DNA of 64,000 bases, taken from Candidatus Marsarchaeota archaeon. Lineage in GTDB: Archaea; Micrarchaeota; Micrarchaeia; Micrarchaeales; Micrarchaeaceae. Below are positions 9,070 to 19,000 of the stretch, one piece after another. A program made the position numbers and the translations under genes. Each line of letters begins with the position of its first letter. Position 1 is the first letter of the stretch. The stretch spans positions 52,923-116,922 of the forward strand of contig JAMCYM010000001.1 in NCBI GenBank assembly GCA_023473665.1, in the 5' to 3' direction. Below the pieces are notes generated by a model, which worked only from the letters and a program-made list of their open reading frames with translations, was not told where the DNA came from and did no database searches.

Positions 9070-9852
9070 ATGATAACCATAAAAATATTCGACAAGGTAA
9101 ACCTGGCTGGATATACTCTTGTAGAAGGATTTCCTGGAATCGGCCTAGTCGGGCCCATGGCAATAAGCTACATGATAGACAAGCTGGGGATGCAGTACTG
9201 CGGCTACATAGAGAGCGACGACTTCCCACCATTGGTTTCGATACACGGCGGCAGACCTATGCCCCCTGTCCGCATGTACTACAGCCAGAAGCAGAAAATA
9301 GTCACGATTTTCGCCGAGTTCGCAATCCCTCTAAAGATGACTTATGAACTTACCACCGAACTCAACAAGCTGATAAAGGATGCAGGAATGGCAAAGGTAA
9401 TATCCATAGGCGGCATGCCTTCCGGAACATCGCTGCAGATAGGCGACGATGACGACAAAGACGAAGAAGCCAAACATCAAAAGGAGGATGTTTTCGCGAT
9501 AACCTCAAGCGCCAAGCTCGAGGGAGACGTCCGCAAGGCGGGCATGACACTGGTGAGCGAGGGTGTCGCCACAGGCGTAAGCGCCATGCTTCTGATTAAC
9601 GCCGCAAAGACAGACCTGCCTGACGTCACGATACTCGTGCCTGTCGACCAGAACATAGTAGATCCACGCTATGCCGAATTGGCCATACAAGCCATAGACA
9701 AAATCGCGGACCTTAATATAGACACAACAGAGCTCGAACGCGAGGCCAAGGAAGTAGAAGCAAAGATAAGGGACATGCTCAAGAAGAGCAAGGAAACGCA
9801 CGACAGCTACAAGCAGGTTGTGGACTCGAGCGGCCCATCGATGTACGCTTAA
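9070..9852 (+). CDS. PAC2-family proteasome assembly chaperone/activator (PbaA/PbaB-like)
   Basis: 260 aa; N-terminal LVEGFPGIGLVGPMA motif of the PAC2/ATP-grasp-like family; C-terminus ends in MYA (HbYX-like). Confidence 0.7.
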   Translation: MITIKIFDKVNLAGYTLVEGFPGIGLVGPMAISYMIDKLGMQYCGYIESDDFPPLVSIHGGRPMPPVRMYYSQKQKIVTIFAEFAIPLKMTYELTTELNKLIKDAGMAKVISIGGMPSGTSLQIGDDDDKDEEAKHQKEDVFAITSSAKLEGDVRKAGMTLVSEGVATGVSAMLLINAAKTDLPDVTILVPVDQNIVDPRYAELAIQAIDKIADLNIDTTELEREAKEVEAKIRDMLKKSKETHDSYKQVVDSSGPSMYA

Positions 9853-9858
9853 GCGAAT

Positions 9859-9965
9859 GCAGGGGTGGCGGAGTCTGGTTTGGCTCTTACTAGCCACGGA
9901 AAAACGCGCAGGACTTAAGATCCTGTGGCCTAGCGCCTTCGAGAGTTCGAATCTCTCCCCCTGCA
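9859..9965 (+). tRNA. tRNA-Leu(TAA) with a roughly 21-nt non-canonical intron in the D-loop
   Basis: Acceptor GCAGGGG/CCCCTGC; anticodon arm CAGGA-CTTAAGA-TCCTG; long variable arm; T arm GAGAG-TTCGAAT-CTCTC. The 107-nt length is explained by an extra hairpin, TGGCT-CTTACT-AGCCA, inside the D-loop. Confidence 0.8.
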
Positions 9966-9969
9966 CCTC

Positions 9970-10386
9970 ATGCTGATAAGGGGTAATGCAGTGGAAGTGA
10001 CTGATAACAAATTAATCAAACGGGCAAAACGAGTAGCCAAAGCGCATAAGGCGTCAACAGATGTTAAAACTGGCAGGGTAGGCTGCGCATTAATCACTAA
10101 TAAAAACCATGTGTATACTGGCGTGAGCATCGAGGCCTCTTGCGGAATAGGGTTCTGCGCCGAGCACAGTGCCATAGCCAGCATGGCGACCAATAGGGAA
10201 TACAGCATTAAGAGAATCGTGGCCGTTTCAAGCAATGGAACCATATTGCCGCCTTGCGGCAGGTGCAGAGAGTTGATGTATCAGATCAACAACAAAAACT
10301 TGGATACTGAAATAGTCATCGGAAAAGGTAAAGCTACAAAACTCAGAGATTTGCTTCCAGAGGTCTGGCAGAAAAGGTTCTACTGA
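9970..10386 (+). CDS. Cytidine/blasticidin-S deaminase family zinc deaminase
   Basis: 138 aa; CAEHSA and PCGRCRE zinc-binding motifs; starts 4 nt after the tRNA-Leu 3' end. Confidence 0.7.
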   Translation: MLIRGNAVEVTDNKLIKRAKRVAKAHKASTDVKTGRVGCALITNKNHVYTGVSIEASCGIGFCAEHSAIASMATNREYSIKRIVAVSSNGTILPPCGRCRELMYQINNKNLDTEIVIGKGKATKLRDLLPEVWQKRFY

Positions 10387-10414
10387 GAAGATTAGGCCCT
10401 CCAGAGCATGGAGA

Positions 10415-11155
10415 TTACGGTATTTCTTTCTCGTGCGCCTTTACAAACTTCCATGACTGGCGCAGAAAGTCTGCAAAATCTTTTCTGTTATCGTAGAAAT
10501 CCTTTAGGTAAGCGAGCAGTGGTCTGCCTTTTATGACACATCCTTGAAACTGTGGATGGGAACCGAAATTAAAGTCCACGACCTTACGTATCCTCTTATC
10601 ATTCAGGATGATTTGTGGCACCATCTCGCTCAACTTCCATACAAGATATGGGGGATCAAATTCCTTCTCATCAGCCTTGGGGAGCACCTCCTTCCATTTC
10701 TCGAAATACAGGAAATGTGAGAGTTCATGCACGCATGTTACTGCCATTCCTATAAATTTAAATTTGTAGAATATGTCGAATCTCCTAGATTTTATGTATC
10801 TAGGGCCTACTGGGTCCATTGAAATGTAGGCGTGTATTATTCTGTCTTTTTTTGGCCATTCCTTCTCAATCACTTCCGATAGCGCAAGCATAACCTCATT
10901 GTTCAGAGAAGGCCAGTTCCTGTTGAATCTCATTAATGCTCTCTCCATTGCGGGTTTTTGTTTTAAATAAACCCTGCTAAAAAAACCATACGTTATCCTT
11001 CTTCGCTCATGTGCCGTGTCTATGCCTTTTAATAGTGTTTCCAGCTCTGGATACCAATGGTTGAAGATGCTTACCCAGCGGCTCCGCAGAGAATATATGG
11101 TTGGGAGGTCCATTCTCAACGGTATTATTTTAGCCTTAACGACAGGCAACCCCAT
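10415..11155 (-). CDS. Hypothetical protein with an HExxH (gluzincin-like) motif
   Basis: About 246 aa; CVHELSHFLYF with a downstream LSEMVP Glu; visibly AT-richer than its neighbours. The ORF track gives a GTG start at 11164; ATG at 11155. Confidence 0.45.
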   Translation of the reverse strand: MGLPVVKAKIIPLRMDLPTIYSLRSRWVSIFNHWYPELETLLKGIDTAHERRRITYGFFSRVYLKQKPAMERALMRFNRNWPSLNNEVMLALSEVIEKEWPKKDRIIHAYISMDPVGPRYIKSRRFDIFYKFKFIGMAVTCVHELSHFLYFEKWKEVLPKADEKEFDPPYLVWKLSEMVPQIILNDKRIRKVVDFNFGSHPQFQGCVIKGRPLLAYLKDFYDNRKDFADFLRQSWKFVKAHEKEIP

Positions 11156-11254
11156 GCAATTCACATCTTTGTGTATTGCTACTTATACAGCCCTATTTAA
11201 AAGGTGTGGCAGTGCCGCAGAAAGTTTGAAATATTCTAGTTGCTAATACATACC

Positions 11255-11686
11255 ATGGCGAAAATAGTCCTTATCTCATGCTCAAAAAGCAAGCTGGACC
11301 ACAGGGCGAAAGCCATCGACATGTACACCGGCGCACTCTTCAGGCTGAGCCTCCAGTACGCCAAAACACTTAAGCTCGACAAGCTGTTCATACTGTCGGC
11401 CAAGCACCACCTGCTTGACCCGAACAGGGAGATAGAGCCTTACGATTTGTCCCTAAAATTGATGAGCAAAGCCGAAAAGGCGGAATGGGCCAATATCGTG
11501 ATAGGCCAATTGCGTGAACACGCTGATCTCGAAAACGACACATTCGTAATGCTTGCCGGAAGCGAGTATGCCAAGCCATTGGAAAGCCATGTGCACATAA
11601 AGGAATATCCGCTGGCTGGCCTTTCTCTTGGCAACAGGCTCAAAAGATTGAAGGCATTAGCAGCAGAGAGCGATAGGCATGGATAG
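11255..11686 (+). CDS. DUF6884-like protein (uncharacterised)
   Basis: 143 aa from the ATG; IVLISCSKSK N-terminus, FILSAKHHLL, EPYDLSL and AEWANIVIGQL resemble my recollection of the DUF6884 family. Its stop overlaps the next gene's start. Confidence 0.5.
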   Translation: MAKIVLISCSKSKLDHRAKAIDMYTGALFRLSLQYAKTLKLDKLFILSAKHHLLDPNREIEPYDLSLKLMSKAEKAEWANIVIGQLREHADLENDTFVMLAGSEYAKPLESHVHIKEYPLAGLSLGNRLKRLKALAAESDRHG

Positions 11687-12335
11687 TACAAACGAACGCT
11701 GTGCACTTTTGCACAAACTGTTTAACTCGCTGGAGAGGTTTACATGGCAGTTTGACGCGTCAAAGATACCACTCAATGGTATATACGTGTTCTTCGAGAA
11801 GGGTGAGAGAAGCCATGGCTTCGACCGCATAGTGCGGATAGGCACGCACAACGGCCAGAACCAGCTGCGCTCAAGGCTTGCACAACATCTAATAAACGAG
11901 AACAAGGACAGGAGCATATTCAGGAAGAACGTCGGCAGGGCAATAATAAGTAAATCTGGCGATATGAAGCTCCTCGAAATGTGGGAGAAGGATCGTACAA
12001 CAAGAAAGGGCAAGTCCGAGAGCAAGGGCTTTGATATGGACGCGATAACAAAGGTGGAGAATGAGGTATCGGAATACATGCGGAAAAATCTCAGTTTCGT
12101 TGTATTTGAGGTCGGTGCCAAAGAGGATAGGCTGGCTTTGGAATCAAAGCTCATATCTACAGTGTCGCTGTGCGATGCATGCAAACCATCGCCTGACTGG
12201 CTCGGCAACTTCTCTTCTAAGCAGAAAATACGCGAGAGCGGCCTCTGGCTTGTCAATGAACTGTACAAGAAGCCTATGTCTTACGTCGACATCGAAGAGC
12301 TCGGGGCGAGGCTTGGTCTTGCCCCTAAACCGTAG
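11679..12335 (+). CDS. GIY-YIG domain nuclease family protein
   Basis: 218 aa; NGIYVFF, RIVRIGTH, LRSRLAQH and ALESKLI match the GIY / YIG / Arg / Glu core elements; 8-nt overlap with the upstream ORF. Confidence 0.6.
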   Translation: MDSTNERCALLHKLFNSLERFTWQFDASKIPLNGIYVFFEKGERSHGFDRIVRIGTHNGQNQLRSRLAQHLINENKDRSIFRKNVGRAIISKSGDMKLLEMWEKDRTTRKGKSESKGFDMDAITKVENEVSEYMRKNLSFVVFEVGAKEDRLALESKLISTVSLCDACKPSPDWLGNFSSKQKIRESGLWLVNELYKKPMSYVDIEELGARLGLAPKP

Positions 12336-12409
12336 CCTTTACCATATAACACAAAATTTTAAATACCTGCGATAGAAAACTCTACTGTACATTCTGCATA
12401 TTAGCCACG

Positions 12410-13867
12410 GTGCGTGTTTTCATGGATAAAAACGAAAGCTATGATGTAATTGTAGCAGGAGCCGGCATGGCCGGATCGCTCGCGGCAGGCATAGCCGCCA
12501 AGAAGGGCCTCAGCGTGCTCCTCCTTGACCGAAACGACCGCGATACCGCCGGCAAGAAGAACAACTGGGGATGGACGTGCGGCGACGCTGTAGCGGGGTC
12601 GCACATCGACTACATAACTAAAAAGACCGGTATCACGTTCTCGAAGCCGGGCCTCGACCTGAAGGTCGACGGCGTATACGCATTCTCGCCGGACCTCGGC
12701 GCAAAGTACATGTTCGACGGTGTCGGCTACACGCTCGACAGGCCAGAGTTCGAGAGGATGCTCCTCGACTTTGCAATCAAGAGCGGCGCGCACTACGTGC
12801 ATCATTTTGAGGTCGAAGGGCCCGTGATGGAAGGCAGCAAGGTTGCTGGTATATTCGGCAAGGACGAGAAGAAGGAGCACAAGACCTTCAGCTCAAAGCT
12901 GGTTATAGATGCATTGGGCGTAGCCACAGTGCTGAGGCGCAGGCTCCCCGAAAACAAGTACATAGAGAAGAACATCGACATAGATGACATAGAGTCAACA
13001 GGAAGGTACATCTACGAGTTCGAACTCGACCACGAGGATTTGCGCTACTACGACCCAAAGAATGCGCTGATACACCTGAATCAGGAGATGGCGCCAGGCG
13101 GCTATGGTTGGGTGTTCCCAAAGAGCAATGGGAAGATAAACATAGGGTTGGGCGTACAGAAGCGCAGCCTCGAGATGAGGAACCAGAAGCTCGGAAGGAA
13201 GGATACTGTGCAATCCCTTATCGACGCTTACGTGAAGTGGAACGTCACGATCAGGAACACTAAGCTGTTCAACAAGGACAATAACGGCAGGGGCATATGG
13301 TCGGTCGCGGTCCGCAGGCAGATGGAGAGCCTGGTATACGATGGCTACATGGGAGCAGGCGACAGCATGGCAATGCCCAATCCGATAAGCGCTGGCGGCA
13401 TAGGCCCGGCGCTCATAGCAGGGGTGCTTGCCGGTGAGAACGCAGTCAGAGCGATAGCCGAGAACGACACGTCCGTCAGCGGGCTTTGGAAGTACAATCT
13501 GGACTACAACGAGGCATATGGCCATAAGACCGCCGGCATGGAGGTCTTCAGGATATACATGCAGTCGCTCAATAACGACACGCTCAACTATGGGATACGC
13601 ACATTCCTGACTGCGAAAGAAGCCTCTGACATAACGCTTGGCGTAATACCGGAGCTCAGCATGACATCGAAGCTCAAGCTGATACTGAAAGGCGCATCGA
13701 ACATAAGCGCATTCAGGAACCTGATTTATGTGGCAGGCAAGATGAAGGAGCTCAATTCCGTATACAATGAGTACCCGAAGAGCCCTGAGCAGTTCGATGC
13801 CTGGAAGCTACGCGTCGAGAAAATAATCAGCGAGGCCAAGGAACGCTTCAAGCCAAATCCGATATGA
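12410..13867 (+). CDS. Geranylgeranyl reductase family FAD-dependent oxidoreductase
   Basis: 485 aa; YDVIVAGAGMAGSLAA dinucleotide-binding motif, GDAVAG and GAGDS motifs; alternative ATG at 12422. Confidence 0.8.
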   Translation: MRVFMDKNESYDVIVAGAGMAGSLAAGIAAKKGLSVLLLDRNDRDTAGKKNNWGWTCGDAVAGSHIDYITKKTGITFSKPGLDLKVDGVYAFSPDLGAKYMFDGVGYTLDRPEFERMLLDFAIKSGAHYVHHFEVEGPVMEGSKVAGIFGKDEKKEHKTFSSKLVIDALGVATVLRRRLPENKYIEKNIDIDDIESTGRYIYEFELDHEDLRYYDPKNALIHLNQEMAPGGYGWVFPKSNGKINIGLGVQKRSLEMRNQKLGRKDTVQSLIDAYVKWNVTIRNTKLFNKDNNGRGIWSVAVRRQMESLVYDGYMGAGDSMAMPNPISAGGIGPALIAGVLAGENAVRAIAENDTSVSGLWKYNLDYNEAYGHKTAGMEVFRIYMQSLNNDTLNYGIRTFLTAKEASDITLGVIPELSMTSKLKLILKGASNISAFRNLIYVAGKMKELNSVYNEYPKSPEQFDAWKLRVEKIISEAKERFKPNPI

Positions 13868-13876
13868 CGTGATATT

Positions 13877-14050
13877 ATGGAAAATTATACAAAATTCGAG
13901 AAGGCTAGGGTGATAGGCGCCAGGGCGCTGCAGCTTGCCAATGGGGCGCCGCCATTGATAAAGGTTCCCGAGGACATAATCGAGCCTCTCGACCTAGCAG
14001 AGCTGGAATTCGAGAAGGGAGTAATACCAATAACAATAATCAGGGAATGA
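13877..14050 (+). CDS. rpoK: DNA-directed RNA polymerase subunit K (Rpo6)
   Basis: 57-aa ORF below the track cutoff, MENYTKFEKARVIGARALQLANGAPPLIKVPEDIIEPLDLAELEFEKGVIPITIIRE; carries the conserved RpoK/Rpb6 core. Confidence 0.8.
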   Translation: MENYTKFEKARVIGARALQLANGAPPLIKVPEDIIEPLDLAELEFEKGVIPITIIRE

Positions 14051-14828
14051 GGCTCTTAGCCTTGCGCAGCTCCTTCACCGTGCCCATATACTCGCCCCTC
14101 AGCGTGTACACATAAGCCCTGTCGTGCGAGAATATGCCGCTCCTCAGCAGCGGGTTAATGTTTTCACCCTTCGAGCCCAGCTCGTTCACAGGCATGCCGA
14201 GTATAAGGTCGTTGTACGCAGGCATGACTACGAGCCTCGATGGCTTGAACCGGCCGTATCTCTCTTTTGCTTTCGCTCGCGCAACTGGAGCTATGAGCCA
14301 GGCCTTCTCCCGGTAGAGTGCGCCGTTGCTGTCGCGCACTGTGACTGCTATGTGGTTGTGCGCTGTCACTATGTACCTGCATTCAACTGCCTTCTCGGAC
14401 GGCCATGTATGTCCGTGAATAAGCGCAACATCGCCCAGTACGAGCTCCCTGAGGGGCTCTATGCCCGCAATCTCCCCCAAGTGTGCATCGTGGTTGCCTG
14501 CCACCACTTCCACGTCTAGCGCACCGAGCGCGCCGAAGAATGCTGCAATCGCCCTCCTTTCGGAAACGGGTGGATACAGCACGCTCTCCTTCACGTCGCC
14601 TAGCAGCACAACGCCCTTCGCAGAGAACTCATTGGCGGTGCCGATTATGTGCTTCGCCATCTCAGCGCTGGTGCCATATACATGTATGCCCTTGTCTGCG
14701 AGCCTCGCCTCTGCACCTATGTGGAGATCGCCCACTACAAGGACGTTCCTACCGTTGTCGTTAACCACGAGTGCGGGTTCGTTGTAGACAAACCTGATCG
14801 ATTCAATGCTGCCCATAATGCCGCGCAT
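14040..14828 (-). CDS. Metallophosphoesterase (calcineurin-like, COG1407 type)
   Basis: VVGDLHIG, GDVKE, GNHD, HGH and AHNH motifs; possible start at M5 (14816). Confidence 0.7.
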   Translation of the reverse strand: MRGIMGSIESIRFVYNEPALVVNDNGRNVLVVGDLHIGAEARLADKGIHVYGTSAEMAKHIIGTANEFSAKGVVLLGDVKESVLYPPVSERRAIAAFFGALGALDVEVVAGNHDAHLGEIAGIEPLRELVLGDVALIHGHTWPSEKAVECRYIVTAHNHIAVTVRDSNGALYREKAWLIAPVARAKAKERYGRFKPSRLVVMPAYNDLILGMPVNELGSKGENINPLLRSGIFSHDRAYVYTLRGEYMGTVKELRKAKSLIP

Positions 14829-14886
14829 AAATCGCAGTGCTGCTTATTTATATTTTGTTTGCCAAAACACGTTGCTTGGTGCGGAT

Positions 14887-15978
14887 GTGGCATTTAACTT
14901 CTCGCCCACGATAGGCAGGGTTGCAGGCATAGGCGTGCAGCTGCACTGGTCGTTCATACTGCTGATGCTGTTCGCCCTCGTGCTTTCGTTCTACATATTC
15001 CTAGTGTTCCTGCTATTGTTCGTGTGCGTATTCCTGCATGAGCTTGCGCACTCGCTTACCGCGAAGCGCTACGGCATAGGCGTAAAGAAGATAGTGCTGT
15101 ACCCCCTCGGCGGTGGCTCCATAATAGACCTTGACAATGTGCCGCCTTCGCTCGAGTTCAGGATATCGATAGCCGGGCCAGTATCGAGCTTCTTATTGGC
15201 CTTCCTGTTCGGCATGGCTGTCGTGCTGCTGCCAGGCGGTACAGTTAAGGTGTTCGTGCAGCTGCTGTTCATCCTCAACCTGCTGCTCGCCGTATTCAAC
15301 ATATTGCCATGGTTCCCGATGGACGGCGGACGCGTGCTGAGGAGCTACCTGCAGCGCAGGCACAGCTTCCTCGACTCAACGCGCACTGCAGTGAAGGCGA
15401 GCAACGTGCTCATCGTGCTGTTCATAGTAGGCACGCTCGTGTATGTTGGGCTGGAGCCCGGCTATCCATTCTTCTACAAGGAGTTCATAGTGCTGTGGGA
15501 CGTCTTCATAGCAGTGTTCCTTTACGGCGGGGCCAAGGCCGAGCTTCAGGCCGCATACCTGAAGACCTACACGAGAGGGCTGACGGCCGTCTCGGCGATG
15601 ACTAAAAACTACATAATGACGAAGGGTTCAACGACCCTAGCGCGCCTGTATGGTATGGTTCTTGACAAGCATACCCACATAGTGCTGTTCAGGAATGCGG
15701 GCAAGTATTACGTGGTATCGCGGCTGCCCTACAACTCCCTCGGCAAGATGGCAGGGGGCATGGCCAATCAGAGCATATCTGGGTTCAGCGCCGAGCTACC
15801 CACGCTTGATGCTAAGGCGAGCCTCTACTCCGCGCTGGAGAGGATGCAGGAGGCCAACACCGGCGTGGCGGGCGTGCTCAGCCATGGCATGCTGGTAGGA
15901 ATACTGCAGAGGCAGCACGTCGAATCTGTCATAGCGCTCCATGTCTCCCGTGCAGAGGGAAGGACTAAAAATGCTTAG
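14887..15978 (+). CDS. Site-2 protease (M50 family) with C-terminal CBS domains
   Basis: HELAHSL zinc motif, PMDGGRVL, multiple TM helices and a CBS-like C-terminus. In-frame GTG at 14887 is preferred over the ORF-track ATG at 14806, which overlaps the divergent gene. Confidence 0.8.
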   Translation: MAFNFSPTIGRVAGIGVQLHWSFILLMLFALVLSFYIFLVFLLLFVCVFLHELAHSLTAKRYGIGVKKIVLYPLGGGSIIDLDNVPPSLEFRISIAGPVSSFLLAFLFGMAVVLLPGGTVKVFVQLLFILNLLLAVFNILPWFPMDGGRVLRSYLQRRHSFLDSTRTAVKASNVLIVLFIVGTLVYVGLEPGYPFFYKEFIVLWDVFIAVFLYGGAKAELQAAYLKTYTRGLTAVSAMTKNYIMTKGSTTLARLYGMVLDKHTHIVLFRNAGKYYVVSRLPYNSLGKMAGGMANQSISGFSAELPTLDAKASLYSALERMQEANTGVAGVLSHGMLVGILQRQHVESVIALHVSRAEGRTKNA

Positions 15979-16009
15979 ACGGCATATCTAAGCGGCGACT
16001 GGTGGATTT

Positions 16010-19000
16010 ATGCTCTATCTTGACAGGCTTACCCTGCATAACTTCAAGTCGTTTCGGCATGCGAACGTGAGCTTCAGTAATGGCTTCAACTGCATAGTGG
16101 GCCCTAACGGTTCTGGCAAATCCAACCTCTGCGACTCGCTGCTGTTTGCCCTTGGCGAGTCATCCCTAAGGCGCATGCGGGTCACTGCGACGGCCAACCT
16201 GATAAACGGCACGGTCAAGCCTGATCCCGAAACGCATCTCAAGCGCAGCTACGTGACGGTCATGTTCTCTGACGGCTCTGACAAGCACATAGAGGTTTCG
16301 AGGATAGTGCGCTCCAACAGCAAGATATCCTACAGGCTCGACGGCAAGAGGGTGCACAGGCAGGACATAATGGATGTGCTAGACGCCAACAACTGCAATA
16401 TAAACGAGACCAACACGATAACGCAAGGAGAGATAACCCGCATACTCAACTACAATGCCAAGGAGCGGCGCGGGCTTCTTGACGTGGCAGCAGGCATAAA
16501 GGAGTTCGACGACAAGAAGGAGAGCTCCCTTAAGGAGCTAGGGAAGGTCGAGGACAAGATATCCAACGCCAAGGTGATGCTCGGCGAGCGCGAGGGCTTC
16601 CTGAATGAGCTCAAGAAAGAGAAGGACGATGCCGAGCGATACATCGCGCTTACCGACTCTGTCAAGCGCATGAACTATTCGCTGCTCAAGAAGCGCGAGT
16701 TGCAGCTTGCAAAGGAATACGGCGAAGCCGCAGACAAGCTCTCAAGGTTCGGCGAGACGCGCACGGGGATAGAGCGCAGGATATCCAGCCTGGGCGAAGA
16801 GGCGAACAAGTTGGGTGCCGAGCGCTCCGACAAGTCGCAGAAGCTCAGCGAGCGCTCGTTGGAGACGAGCTCGGCCGGCAAGAAGCTAGAGGAGATAAAT
16901 GCGTCGGCAGCCACGGTTGCCGCCCAGTCGGACAGCCTGTCGAAGGAGCTCTCGGCAGGAAAAGAGCGCATAGAACTGCAGAAGTCCGAACGCAAGAGGA
17001 TAAAGTCGCAGATCGGCGCCAACGAGGCCGAACTGCAGGCAGTCAAGGCGCAGATCGACGAACGCTCCTCCACATTGAAGTCGCTAGGCGTAGGCCCCGA
17101 AGAGGCCGAGGAGGCGCTCGCCGCATATGAGGAGCATCAGAAGCGCGTTGATTCTGCGACAGAGGAAGAGGAGGCGCTGCAGCGCAGGCTGGCCAGTGCC
17201 AATGCGAGGTCGCAGCAATTGGAATCCGAATCGAAAGGCATAGGCTCGCAGATCGCCTCGCTTTCCGAAGAACTATCTGCCAGCGAAAAGAGGGCGCAGG
17301 ACGCCAAGGCATCGAGCGCTTCTGTGGCGAAGAGGATAAGCGACGCTAAGGAAAGCATATCCGCCATCATGGCAGAGGAAGAGAAGCTGCAGAAGGAGCG
17401 GGCGCGCTTGGACGAGCAAGTTATAAACGTGCGCGAGTCGCTCGCGTTGTACGGGGGTAGCCAGGACAGGGCCGCAGCAGCGCTCTCCAGTTCAATAAAG
17501 CAGGGATTCTACGGAAGGGCGTACGAGCTCTGCTCATTCGACGACAAATATTCTAATGCAGTCTCTGCTGCCGCCGGCAGCAGGCTAAACTACTTCATAG
17601 TCGACTCGATAGACGTTGCCAAGCGATGCATAGAGACGATAAAACAGAAAGGCCTCGGCCGTTCCACGTTCATACCCCTCAGGGAGCTCTCTGTTAAGCT
17701 GACAGAGCGCGCGTCCGGGCAGGAGCCCCTGATAAACTTTGTCAAGTTCGACAAGAAGTTCGCGCAGGCCTTTGAGTACGTATTCTCCAACACATTCCTT
17801 GTCCCGAGCGTCGATGCTGCACAGAAGATAGGCGTTGGCAAGCACAGGTTCGTCACGCTTGACGGAGAGCTGATAGAGCAGTCAGGCGCGATAACAGGCG
17901 GCCAGATAAAGGCGATGCAGTTCCCTGGCAAGCTCCAGGCGGAGCTGAAGAGCCTCGAGGAGGAGAGGGCCGGGCTCGCCAAGAGCCTGTTAGATATATC
18001 TGCGCGCGTGGATTCGGCAAAGAAGGCGCTCTCGGCGCTTGAGATAGAATCAATGAACTATGGCATCGAGCTGAAGCATGCCGGCGAGGCAAGCGAAACG
18101 GCACTCACAGCTCTGAAGGAACTGAACGCCAGGGGTTCATCTCTATCTTCGCAGATGCTGGCCGCGCAGAAGGAGCTCAACAGCCTTGAGAGCGCAATCC
18201 GCGACGCCGCAAAGAGGAAGTCGGCCGCGAGAGCGGCCCGCGACGCCCTGCATTCAGCACTGGCATCTTCGCAAAAGGGCACCGAGGCGCAGGACGGCGC
18301 TTCGAAGGCTATGTCAAGCGGGATAAGGAAGGAGATAGAACAGCTGATGATGCGCCAAGCGTCGCTTGCCAAGGAGAATGAGATGCTGGCGGCGCGCGAC
18401 TCAGAGCTTGAGGCGGAGCTCGTCAAGCTCTCTCGGGACGCAGACCAGGCGAAGGATTCCATCGCTTCGCTGAAGGAGCGGCAGAAGGGGCTCCTGGCTC
18501 AGAAGGGAGAGCTGGAGAAGAAGCTGAAGAGCCACGACGAGCTTTCCTCATCGCTCTACAAGGAGCTGTCTGAACTGGACAAGCGTATATCAGAGCTCGG
18601 ATTTGAGCGTGGCGAGCGCCAGGCAGAGCTCGACAAGCTGAATAGAGAGCTCATGCTCGCGGAATCGGCAAAGATGCAGCTCGAGACAAGGCTCGGCGAC
18701 ATAAAGGCGGAGCTCGCAACGTATCCCGCCTACGAGGAGATGCCCGACAGCCCAGAGTCGCTGGAGAAGAGACTCGTCATAGCAAAGAGCGACATAGAGC
18801 GCCTCGGCAATGTCAACCTCAAGGCGCCGGAGATGTACGAGGTGAGGAAGCGCGATGTGGACGAAGCAGAAGCGAAGCTGCAGGTCCTCGACAACGAGCG
18901 CAACTCTGTGCTCTCCATGATAAACGAGATAGAGTCCAAGAAGCTTGCAGTGTTCATGGAGACTTTCAGATCTGTGAACGAGAACTTCAGGCAGCTGTAC

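Noticed and set aside
12336-12410. Direct repeat of the tRNA-Leu 3' end (an att site) at the far edge of the AT-richer locus
   Set aside because: I found no copy of the tRNA 3' segment (GAGAGTTCGAATCTCTCCCCCTGCA) by eye, and there is no integrase gene. The region is therefore not called a mobile element, only compositionally atypical.
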